Positions 1 through 10,772 of a stretch of DNA of 64,000 nucleotides are shown here, piece after piece. Positions within the stretch are counted from its first letter, which is position 1, and each line of letters opens with the position of its first letter. Location: contig NC_088797.1 of NCBI RefSeq assembly GCF_011386835.1, positions 40,610,001-40,674,000 of the forward strand, given 5' to 3'. The DNA comes from Chrysemys picta bellii (Eukaryota). A program made the translations under genes and the position numbers. Below the pieces are notes generated by a model, which worked only from the letters and a program-made list of their open reading frames with translations, ran no database searches and was not told the origin of the DNA.

Positions 1-1885
1 AAAGCTAATGAAGTTACTCCAGCTATACCAGTGTTACTGAGCAGTATTTAGTCCCTGGCTTGCAGATTACACCATTACCACTGCCGATGCTGTCAGCATC
101 CTCATTTTTACAAACGTGTGTATTTGCCTCATTTTAAATAATTGTTAAAATCATTACAAATTAATTTTGCATAACCACAAAATATCCCTACAAAATGCTA
201 GTGGTTCTTTGCAATCTCACACATGTCATTGCTAACACTACTATTTTCAAATCTTTTGAACTTCTTGGTACTTTTGAATTTGTGGAGAAAAAAACCTAAA
301 ATAACTTTTTAATCATTTTCAGCACTAGTAAGTTTAGGACCAAATCCTGAAAGAAAATTTCCCCTGAAGTTAACAGAAGTTTTGCATCAATTAGTCAAGT
401 TGATTTGCTCCCTAATCTAAGGAGACATCATAACTTTTGATTTATCTGAAAGAAACACACTTGTAAAGCGGGGCTATACATTTTGTTCCTATTAAGTGAA
501 CCAGTAAAAACAGCGTGAAGAAGTCTCATGTTCTATGATGAATTTCTTTATAGAGTAAATATGGACAAATACTAAAAGATGATTTATGAACAGTAGTAAC
601 CTATTCAATGTCTACATTTATTCTGATTTAGAGCCTAAAACAAAAATGGAAAACAAGCATAACATTTGCTGCTTACTCATATCCTTTGCAGATTAAGATA
701 ATTCTTTAGAGAGCAAATGGAACAGAATATTTCAGTCACTATACTGGTTTTACTTTTTAAATCTATTAATTTGTGTTAACTATTAGACATAACGTAGATA
801 TAGTAACTGCTGATTTGCATGAAGTTCTGCTTTACATCCTTTTGGATTTTTACATAATATAATACAAAAACTGCACATCTTGTCTACTATCATTACATCA
901 GTACAATGACAAGACATTACTGCCTCATTTTCATTTTCTTCAACAATTGCCACAACTGACCTTGTTTTTCCAAAATGAATTCTGTCACAGTAATGAAAAT
1001 GTTCATTGTCCTTCTCTGTTTGGCCAAATCGGTGCAGTCATCTCATGTTCAAGAAGGTCATTATTGCAGTAACAGTCATCATGCTTTGATAGTCTCTAGT
1101 AGAAAGCATTCAGAAAAGGTTCTGAGATGCTTGGCTTTCCATATTTTATATAACCAAATATGTCAGTGCATTACAGCACAACCATGTAAATGTCATTGGT
1201 CATCATCTAAAATTCAGTCAGAAGGCATAGATGTTTCACAAAGTCCAAACCCATCTTTTGTTTTCAATGTGCAATTCAGGCACAAGCTAGAAGATTCACA
1301 GCATGTGGCAAATCCTGAGAGGAGAGTGAAAAGAAATTTCCATGGAATATTATCAAATCAGGATTCTCTCTAACACTAGAGTTCTATTGTTCGTTCATAC
1401 TTGAGTCATTCTAGAACAGGTTTACTGCTCATGAAAATTTGTTATTTCATGCAAGATGGGTGCAGACAGGCTTATGGGATTTATTTAGAAATTTATCTGG
1501 CACCAATAACTTGTGGGTGCCTACCATTTATGGATTTAATTATAAAACAACCGTCCCCCTTGCTTGTTAACAATGCACATGTCCAATCACTACTCAACAG
1601 TTCCTAATACAACACTGGTGAACTACAGAAGTTGACAGGCTTGCTGATGTAACATTTCTCTGTCTTAAGTAAATAGGTTGATCTCATTAATTCAACTCAA
1701 CACCAGCTCTTGCATTGAGATTAGCCTGTCCACGGTTATTAAATCATTGGCTTCTTTTGAAATGTAGTTCCATGAAGCCATGATATTTACCAAACTTGGT
1801 GGTTGTCTTTGAGAATCAAAGATGAGAGCAGTAACTGCAATCACCAGGATGGTGATTATAAGAGGTGGGTTTCATTCTTTAATAC

Positions 1886-1959
1886 CTTCCAAACCCCAAT
1901 AAAGAACCAACAGCAACATGAAGACAACCTCTTTTCCCTGTCTTTCATCATGCACAATA
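1886..1959 (-). other. Candidate internal exon of the leftward (minus-strand) gene
   Basis: Acceptor tctgctttatctctctttatacaacaag| and donor GAAG|gtatta. Two frames are open. No homology recognised, and splice-like sites occur by chance here. Confidence 0.25.
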
Positions 1960-4900
1960 CTTGTTGTATAAAGAGAGATAAAGCAGAATTTACACACACA
2001 CACATACAAGTGAAATAAAAACCTTCCAAGTTTATTAAGAACAGTTTACTTAAGCTGATAGCTGAATCTCAGAATTTTTTCAAATTTATCATATACAATT
2101 AATGAGTAAGATAAAAGAGTATGTATAAAATCAGCTGCATATGATTTATCATATACTTATAGAATTCTATAAGTATTTATAGATCTGTGCAAAAATACCC
2201 AAGCTGCTCTATAAACCAGCAGCCTACCCCAGCCATCATTTAAATGACATGTCTTTCCTTTTAAAACCCTTACTTTAGGGGGATAAACATGATACCAAAA
2301 TTTTGTACTAAAAATTAAAAATTGTATCAGATTGCCTTATGAAAAACAATGAAATTTTCTTACAGAAATTTAAATGAAGGAACAATTCCATTACAAACGG
2401 GGTTTACTATAATCAGAATTACAATGTCCACACAATAATGCACTGAAAGATTTTAGGATTGTTGCTCTGCTTCTCAATAAACCGAGTTTCATTAAGTCTA
2501 AGCTCATGATAGGAGACTTCTGCTGTATTAATACAACTATATTAGAGGTTCAACTATTTCAATTAGAGTTTATAGTTATCAATATAGAAAACTAACATTG
2601 CAATTATTATCAGATTATACCCAGTTACAGTTATAGCTAATCTTTTGGTTTGATTGATAGTTTTTTTGGGGGGGAAAGCTTTCAAATATATTTGTGCTTA
2701 ATGATCAACATTTGCTAACCTGGGTGCCTAAACTTAGGTATCCAAACCCGTATTTGGGTACATAAATAAAAATGGCCTGATTTTCAGAAGTGCTGAACTT
2801 CCACAAATCCAAGTGAAGTGAGTGTAAACTGAATATGCTCAGCACCTTTGAAAATCAAGTCACCTTTACTTAGGTGCCTACTCATGGATTTAGCAGCACC
2901 AGGTTTGAAAATATTGGTCAATGTCTACACTTCTAGATACGTTCTCCCCATTTGAAGTTTCATCATCTAAGTCCTTAAATTCTAAGGAGATCAGGATCAG
3001 TCCATTGCTCTTACATGTCCCACCCTGACTTCCAAAAAGGAATGGTTTTTTTTGCTGGAACTCAGTGTTATTCACTGGAATTTGCCACACAGGTCAGGAA
3101 ATTCCCTGAAGGGAAGGGAGAATTTTAAGACATGCATATCAAATCTCATTACTGTTCTTTTATGAGAATCAATCAAATGAAGGATGTGATGATGTCATTA
3201 TGACATCATCTACTTAGGGATTAAAAATCATCGCTTCTTGGCAATTGAACCAGTCCAACAGAGAACAAAGAAAGCACTGGAAGAGGTTATGATCTGTTCC
3301 ATTTACTGTAGGATAAACTAATCATTTAGTCCTGAAAAACAAGGCATGTTGTAGTTTAATTCTACCTGTTGTTTCAAATAATAAGATAGTTCTATTTTTC
3401 CTATACCTTAGGTCAATCCAACTGCTTTTTTATTAGCCATTTGAGGAAAAAAACAAGTAACAAATTTGTTCCATTCCTGGTATTTTCTTTTGGTGTTTTT
3501 TTTGGCAATTTCCAAACATGCAATGCCCCCAAACCTTTTTTCTACAGATGAGCAGCATCTGCCTCTAAGGTAAAAGCTCATGCGCTGCATACAAAGGTAA
3601 TCTTATTTTTTTTTTAAAGAAAGACATCTTTATTTTAAAATAAACCCCAATAATCTCATACTTCTGAAGTCAAGCGGCCCTAAATCCAACAGCAGAAAAG
3701 TAGAAATTACACTAGCTATATTAATTCTAATAAAATAAGCTAGAAACATCCATTCTACAAGGCTCTGATATCTGTAGAGATTCTATGAAGCTTCTTTCTC
3801 CCTTAAAAGAAAAAAAGCTTTGTTCATGAAAAAGAAATTTGTCATGCTATTTCTGGTGGCTATTTCTGGGCTTCCAAAAAGGGTTAGATGCCTGGAATCT
3901 ATGCCTGACCTGATTTTCTTTAAAGTTCACTCATCTCTATTGAGAACATAGATTTAAATCTAAGTTCAAATGCAGCTAAGCAAAGAAAATAAGTGAATTG
4001 AAATTACAACTCTTGGAAACACATTAATAAGCTATAAGTATTTTACTAAGCTATCTCTATGTTTTCAAATCAGTGTGTTTTTTTAATTCTAGACCAAAAC
4101 TGAAGCACAATCATGTTGATTTAAAATGTTATCTCATCTTCTGCAAAAAAATACTTTTATTAAGACACTCAGAAAATTTTATGTCATCATATCTAGAGTT
4201 TCATTGGATGAGGGTTGCATGTTTTCCAAATACAAATGATGCAGATAATATCCAAAGAATGCTCAACTTACTCTTGAAAAAAACCTCTGCTCTTCATTTT
4301 TGTTCAATGAATTTCTTTATAAAATATTGTAGTTTGTTAAATCTAAACAATTACTCTGTTCATTTAAAAAAATAAATTATAGTTCACCAATTTTTATCAA
4401 GAACTGTTTCATACATAACAAAGGACTGACAATATGCAAGTTACATTTAACATACAAGAAAACATCCGTATAGATATAATTTTTTTTGTTAAAAAATCTA
4501 ATTTCCAGCACTTTCACTGTACATATTGTTAGACACACTTCACTCTTTTCAAACATTAACACCATCAACTGAAGTTCATGAACATATTTAGCTGAATGAA
4601 CAATTTCTCTTTAAAATCCAGATGCAGACTGCTCTGTCAACCATTCCCATAGCATCTCATTTGAAATTTGTTACTTCATAGAACATTTGTCACATCCCAT
4701 TGCATTGTTTAGAGAAAATATTCCAACCACTACTATCTAGCTCTCCAATACCACCTCACCATCCTTCCTCCAACAATAAAAAAAAACAACTCAAACAAAA
4801 ATAAAAAGATGGTGAAGAGCATCAGAACCATCAACGGCTATTTTTTTGTAAACAGGTGAACTATCATGTTCATGAAATAAAAGTGACATAAACAGTAGCT

Positions 4901-6049
4901 CTTTCGTGCAAGCATGATATTATTTTAGTCATTCAAGTTAACAACACTTATTTGTTTCATGTTGACAATTTTTTGATCTCTTCACCCTGTCTACTTCAAT
5001 AGAACAAAGATTTTGCGTTACTAAGAAGTCAGTGTTTAGATTAGTGAATAACAAAATGAGGAACAAAGAGCACTGATTCAGTTCTTGCTAGGGGCTTAAG
5101 AGTGCCTGTACCTAACTATTTCTGCAATCCAAAATGTACAGGTAAAAATCAGGTTAGGCTGGGGGTTAAACACCTTCAAGCAGTTACCCTCTGGGGAGAA
5201 AACTGGGAACAGGAATGACTTTACACTGGCATTAGGCAAATTCCTGTTCATTGACCTTCATTACCAAAGCTCTTGGCACAGAATGCTCGGGATGCTCCTA
5301 GATGCCACTGTTGATAACATTGTGGAGGAAAGCAACGTGACAGGGTGCAAATAGGGAGAAAATAGGAAATGTTCAGCAAATAGCTCAGCAAGAAGACAAA
5401 TCTATGTGATAGGCTGATATGCAGTCTTCCTAACAGGTGTCTGGTGGTTGCTTTACATACATATAATTAATAATGTATGCATGTGCAGCAAAGGTAGTTG
5501 CTAACTCTAAATCTATAACCTGGTCTTTTAAATGAGGGAATAGTCCTCTAAGATTTGATATAATGAAATCTAAGATTATAGCCACTACCAGGATAACAGT
5601 TTCAATTCCACCTTAGTTGCCTTTTTCTAGTCACCAAAAGTCTTAGATTCCCTTTTTGCAACTGTCCACAATTTGATATTGTTGCATATAAGCCCCCCAC
5701 CCCCGCCCCCAAGATGTAGCTACCTGCGGTAAAATTATAAGTGTTCTTTTTAAATGGGAATAGAAACTGAGCTTGATATTTAGTTCACCCTGTAGAAAAT
5801 CCTAAATTTTGATCAAAGACATTTTTTTGCACATCACACAAACCATTAAGATAGCTTGTGAACCAAACTTTTAGAAACATCTCACCCATTACACACTAGA
5901 CTGTTTGTGTTTTCAAAAATGCTGCATTTCAGAACTGCACAAGCAAACAAAAATCATTCCCAAGACATCATACTCCCTACAATGTACCACAGGGTGTAAA
6001 TAAACTTCAGGCAAGTGTCACAGACACAGTGATCTCGCTCCAGCCTCGC

Positions 6050-7100
6050 TGACACCGAGCTGGCCTTAGAGCAGATTCAAGCGGGAGGCATGAGCAGGAC
6101 AGGTAGATGCCACAGGTAGAGGCTATTCTCAGGGCAGGACCGCCGGGTCCCCGTGCACTACAAAGTGCCAGTAACGGGCTCGCTGGGAGGTTGTCGTGCC
6201 CGGAGAAAACCCCTGAGTGTAACGGATCCAACCGCCACCGCAAATCCCGACACTTCTCCGTCCATCCGCCCCCGGCTCCAGCCAAGCACCCCGGGACGGC
6301 GGGGCGCGGAGAAACCGCCACACACCTACCTGCCGGGCTCCCGAGGAGGCTCCTGCCGCCGCCGCTGGCCGATGTGCCGGAGCCCGCCCGCGCTGCTCGC
6401 CCTGCCCGACAGGACTGTTCATTGAAAGCTCGGCGCCGGCTGCACACTCCGGGCTCTGGCTCGCCCTCCCCGCGCAGCACGCGCGAGCCCACCCGGAGGA
6501 GGGGAGCCGGGCCGAGCGGCCCCGCCCCCACTGCCTGGGTCCTACACCTGGGGGGGGGGTGCGGGTGCCAGCCCCTGCCACCTCGCCCGGGGGGGCCGCG
6601 CCGCCGGGCCGGAGCTTGGACCCCTTCCGAGAACGGGGGGCGGGTCTCTAGGGCAGCCCCCAGCCCGGCCTGGCAGGGACCTTGCACCAGGCACGCGCCC
6701 AGCGGGGCGGCCTCGACGGGCGCGTGCCGGCCGCCAGCCCGTGCCCCCGGGCAGGACTGGGGTAGGGGGCGCAGCGCTGGTGGTGGATGGGGCAGCTGGG
6801 GCAGGGGGAGCCCCGCTGGGAGGGGTGCTGCTGGCGAGGTGAGAAGGCGGCTCAGGCAGGTGCAGATCAGAGACAGCTGCTGGGGGGGGGGGCAGAGCAC
6901 TGGGGGGGGTGATTGTGGGAGCGGGGCAAAGGAGCTGCTCAGAGGGCAGCAGGCGGGGGTTAGTGGACCCCCGCTGGAACGAACAGAGGTGGTGAGGAGC
7001 CAAGTGGGGGAAGATGGAGGGGCCGGAGGGGGACGGGGCATAGGGTGACCAGACAGCAAATGTGAGAAATCGGGACGGGGTGGGGGGTAATAGCAGCCTA
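6050..7100. promoter_or_regulatory. CpG island / GC-rich promoter
   Basis: Abrupt rise in GC and CpG density against an AT-rich, CpG-depleted background. GC boxes (ccccgccccc near 6521, gggggcggg near 6636, ggggcgg near 6703). Strong minus-strand donor at 6329. Confidence 0.85.
6330..6422 (-). CDS. Probable first exon; possible 31-codon N-terminus or uORF (MNSPVGQGEQRGRAPAHRPAAAAGASSGARQ)
   Basis: ATG at 6422-6420 in weak Kozak context, open to donor CAG|gtaggt at 6330/6329 inside the CpG island. The exon itself is likely; its coding status is uncertain. Confidence 0.35.
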
Positions 7101-7162
7101 TATAAGAAAAAGACCCCAAAATCAGGACTGTCCCTATAAAATTGGGACATCTGGTCACGCTA
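7041..7162. mobile_element. hAT-Blackjack (MER81-like) MITE
   Basis: TIRs TAGGGTGACCAG...CTGGTCACGCTA; perfect 8-bp TSD ACGGGGCA (7033-7040 / 7163-7170). Confidence 0.93.
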
Positions 7163-7241
7163 ACGGGGCAGGAGCGAGGAGCTGGCTGTGGCTATAGGTT
7201 AGGCTGGGCGCAGGGGAAAGGGTTCCGCTGTGATTTAAGAG

Positions 7242-7363
7242 TAGGGTGACTAGACAATAAATGTGAAAAATCAGGGTAGGGGTGAGGGGGTAATAGTAGC
7301 CTATATTAAAAAAAACCAAAAATCAGGACTGTCCCTATAAAATCAGGACATCTGGTCACCCTA
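7242..7363. mobile_element. hAT-Blackjack (MER81-like) MITE, second copy
   Basis: TIRs TAGGGTGACTAG...CTGGTCACCCTA; perfect 8-bp TSD TTTAAGAG (7234-7241 / 7364-7371). Confidence 0.93.
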
Positions 7364-7754
7364 TTTAAGAGATATCCCCCTTTCCATCAGGAGCAGTAGG
7401 GGGATTTGCTGTCTACACAGCAGACTTTTCCCAGGCAGGAGTGGCCCTGGAGGGGTGTTTGGTAGATTGGGTGGTTCTAACTGGTGGAGGGATCCAAGTC
7501 TAGCTCTCTGGGAGAGTCTTGAGCACAGCTACCTCTGACCCTCTAGTGCATTTGTCTAGGTGCCAACAAGCCCAGATCATCCATCTTTTTCATGGCATCT
7601 CAACCCAAAGAGCACATGGGGTCATTAATCCTCAATGCTTCCTTATTCAACTTCCCTGACAGTACAGTAAAGGGTCTTCCCTGCCTCCACCGACCCTCCA
7701 CCCAGGAAACATTCCTCCAGCAGATTAGCCGAAATCAACGTTGTTTGCTTTGTA

Positions 7755-7940
7755 CAGTAACTCCTCACTTAACGTTGTAGTTATGTTCCTGAAAAATGCG
7801 ACTTTAAGCAAAACGATGTTAAGTGAATCCAATTTCCCCATAAGAATTAATGTAAATGAGGGGGTTAGGTTCCAGGGAAATTTTTTTCACCAGACAAAAG
7901 ACATTTTATTTATATGTGTGTGTGTGTATATATATATATG

Positions 7941-7971
<31 letters not shown>

Positions 7972-8626
7972 TATAAGTTTTAAACAAACAATTTAATACT
8001 GGTACACAGTGATGATGATTGTGAAGCTTGGTTGATGTGGAGGAGTCAGAGGATGGGATATTTCGCTAAATGATGAACTGGCAATTGGCTGAGCCCTCAA
8101 GGGTTAACTCTCTCACTCTGCAAGGCAGCAGGAATGGAGGGAGATATGTGCATTTCCCTTAAATACACTGCCTTGTTAATTAGATCAGCTTGCTGAGAGG
8201 GCAGCTGCTGCAAGAGCCCTCTCTCCTGAGCCCTGCTCTATGGAAGATGGGGTAAGTGGGGTGCAGGGGGACACCCTGACATTACCCTTCCCCAGCACAG
8301 CAAGCAGGAGTCTTGGGGAGCAGTTGCAAGGCAGAGGGCAGGAGCAGCACATGGCAGTGTAGGGAGGGACACAGTTGAACTGCAGGCAGCTGCTGCACAG
8401 GCAACTTAGGGGAGCGGGGAGCTGATAGGGGGCTGTAGGTCCACCCTGGTTCCAAGCCCCCACCAGCTAGCTGCAACAGGCTGCTCTTCCTGCAAGCAGT
8501 AGACAAAGCAGGTGGCTGCCAAAGGACATTAGAAGGGAGCATTACACAACTTTAAACGAGCATGTTCCCTAATTGATCAGCAACGTAACAATGTTAACTG
8601 GGACCACTTTAAGTGAGGAGTTACTG
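7755..8626. mobile_element. TcMar-Tigger-type non-autonomous element
   Basis: TIRs CAGTAACTCCTCACTTAA...TTAAGTGAGGAGTTACTG flanked by TA on both sides. Confidence 0.9.
7912..7971. repeat. Compound (TG)n/(TA)n/(CA)n microsatellite inside the Tigger element
   Basis: Directly visible. Confidence 0.95.
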
Positions 8627-8736
8627 TACTGAAACTTTAATTTAAAAAAAAAAAAAAAAAAGGGCACCCTCATGTTTTTCATGCTCTACTACATTCTTCT
8701 GTTCAATTTTGTCCCCCTGCAGAAGGCCTCCACACA

Positions 8737-9145
8737 TAGAGATGTTCAGGAAATGGTTTTTCCAGCTCATTAAAATTTCTTAATTTCAAAAAAATTTCCC
8801 ATCCCACATTAGGACAAAGATGAAATCTTGAAAAATTTAATGAATCACAATTTTTTTAAAGTAGTTTTGATCAATTGAAATATTTTGAAATTATTGAAAC
8901 AATGCTCAGATTTTTTTTACTAGTTACCTTAAATTTCTAAATGAAAAGTTGATCCAAACCCCACAACCAAATTTTTTCAGTTAAGAATGTCAAAACAAGA
9001 CCTCTCCGCAATTTAAAAACTTCTTTCCAACCTTTTTTTGAGTTGAAAAATTAATTGAAACTGACTGTTTTCATGAAAACAGTTTCAACAAATTGGCATT
9101 TCCCAATGACAAAATGTTTTATTGAAAAATTCCCAACCAGCTCTA
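8737..9145. mobile_element. Old AT-rich MITE with TAGAGCTG-type termini (probably hAT)
   Basis: tagagatg...ccagctcta ends. Related AT-rich bodies recur at about 30.4, 44.4 and 56.6 kb. No TSD recognisable. Confidence 0.6.
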
Positions 9146-9628
9146 TTTATAAGTCATTTATAAATATAGTACACATTCTTCCTGGTCAAAAAATGTCCAA
9201 CTTAAAAGCCAAATGTTCTCCTATGTAACTGATTTCATAAACTACAATTAGACTATAGATATTTGTGAGAAGTAACAACATCTAGAAAAAAAATACATGT
9301 TGTTGGTGTTGACTCCCCGAGGGTCCATTTGAAATGAGTGGAAGATATGACAACTAGTAACAGGATTTCAGCAAGAGAAATTGAGGACATCTTACAGGGT
9401 TTTTTCCAAGATAAGTCAGTTTGTGTTAATTCAGATAAGGTCCTACTTTTGCTCATCTTTGGGAAAGCTGCTTTCTTTCTGCAGCTGTGTCAGCTTTGTT
9501 TTTACCAAGCTGCCAAAATAGGCACATTTTATGAGTACCTCAACCATGATTTCTCTATTCTGCCTATCCTTCAAAAAGAAGCAAGTAACTGAAATGTGTG
9601 TCTAAACATCATAGAGGTGTTTACTCAC

Positions 9629-9796
9629 CACCATTTACTATATGGTGATATTTTCTGATCCTCTGAATTCAGCACTAACAAAACGTAGGGTAAATGGCAT
9701 ACCAGATTAATGCTGTTGTGCTGGAAGAAGTTACTAACAGGGTAGCCTCTTTCAATATCTTTAATCACTGGTGCTGACTGTTTCTTGTGTTGCAAC
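9629..9796 (-). CDS. Candidate exon, 168 nt, phase 2-2, open (LQHKKQSAPVIKDIERGYPVSNFFQHNSINLVCHLPYVLLVLNSEDQKISPYSKW)
   Basis: Acceptor ccttctctcttgtaacag| and donor GTG|gtgagt; one frame open. Protein not recognised. Confidence 0.35.
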
Positions 9797-10320
9797 CTGT
9801 TACAAGAGAGAAGGTGGTTTGGGAAACTAGTCAAAATGAAGTGATGGAGATACAACCAACCATGGGCCATATACACTAAAGTTCTTACAGTAGGCCAAAA
9901 TCTGCCTTGAAGCATGTATGAGTAATTCCTGTTGATTTCAGAAGCTATCACCTGCAACTATCATTCAGTATTTTGTCCTCAGATAAGACCATGGGAGTTT
10001 TGCATGAATAAGTACTGAATAAGAACTTCAGTATATGGCCCTAATTGCTTTCCCCCTCCCCATACACATTTCTATGGTGACAAAATGAATTTTTAGTTTT
10101 CTTGAGCAAGTTGTTTACATAGGTTGTATGGCAGGCACCATGTTTGAAAAGTACTTAGCCTGTCCAGGGCAGAACGTCTTTTACTGGGCTTACACACTGG
10201 AGCCCTGATCCCGATTGTGTCCTCTTGGCACAACCATCATATGCCTAACATGTTATGGATGCTACTGGGGGGGGGGTGAAATAATGATAATATGCTTTAG
10301 AAGGACTTCTAAAGAGGAAG

Positions 10321-10520
10321 TCAAGTATCAGGGGGTAGCCGTGTTAGTCTGTATCTACAAAAACAACAAGGAGTCTGGTGGCACCTTAAAGACTAACAGA
10401 TTTATTTGGGCATAAGCTTTCGTGAGTTAAAACCTCACTTCTTCGGATGCAACTCACGAAAGCTTATGCCCAAATAAATCTGTTAGTCTTTAAGGTGCCA
10501 CCAGACTCCTTGTTGTTTTT
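10321..10520. mobile_element. Penelope-like retroelement terminal fragment inserted as a foldback
   Basis: Characteristic gtagccgtgttagtc...gcataagctttcgtg terminus; 70-bp perfect inverted arms (10359-10428 / 10451-10520); 12-bp TSD CTAAAGAGGAAG (10309-10320 / 10521-10532). Confidence 0.88.
10410..10450 (-). ncRNA. Minimal type I hammerhead ribozyme motif (PLE-associated)
   Basis: Minus strand reads GCAT-CCGAAGA-A-GTGAG-gttttaa-CTCAC-GAAA-GCTT-ATGC: stem I, CnGAnGA core (C at position 4), stem II, GAAA and a palindromic mini stem III. Activity untested. Confidence 0.65.
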
Positions 10521-10704
10521 CTAAAGAGGAAGACATTCATGCATGTCAGTTCTAGTCATGAACTTGCTTGAAATTTGCTGGAAAGGACAGCAAATGTATG
10601 CATACATTAGCTCTGCTCTTCAAGACCATGCGGCTGCAAGATTGGATTATTATTGTTATGGCTAATCTTGGCCATTGATTGATGTGGAGTCAGCTGCTTC
10701 TTAC

Positions 10705-10772
10705 CCTAGAACGATAATGAACTAGTCCCCATTTTTATATGTTTACATTCCACAGCCGTCTCCATACATTTA
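10705..10772 (-). other. Candidate non-coding or stop-containing exon (68 nt)
   Basis: Very strong acceptor atttctttctcttcccccaccttcctccag| and donor AGG|gtaaga; stops in all three frames. Confidence 0.3.

Noticed and set aside
535-626. ATGATGA...CTGA spacing resembling a box C/D snoRNA (+ strand)
   Set aside because: No terminal stem, no recognisable rRNA guide, opposite strand to the likely host, and such motifs are common in AT-rich DNA.
1600-2010. Semi-open minus-strand frame, considered as an endogenous viral element or processed pseudogene
   Set aside because: Multiple stops and no recognisable viral, RT or enzyme motif.
6007-7158. Long ORFs (383, 313, 202, 150 aa) on both strands
   Set aside because: Expected from stop-codon scarcity in the GC-rich island; low-complexity P/G/A/R; they run into MITEs.
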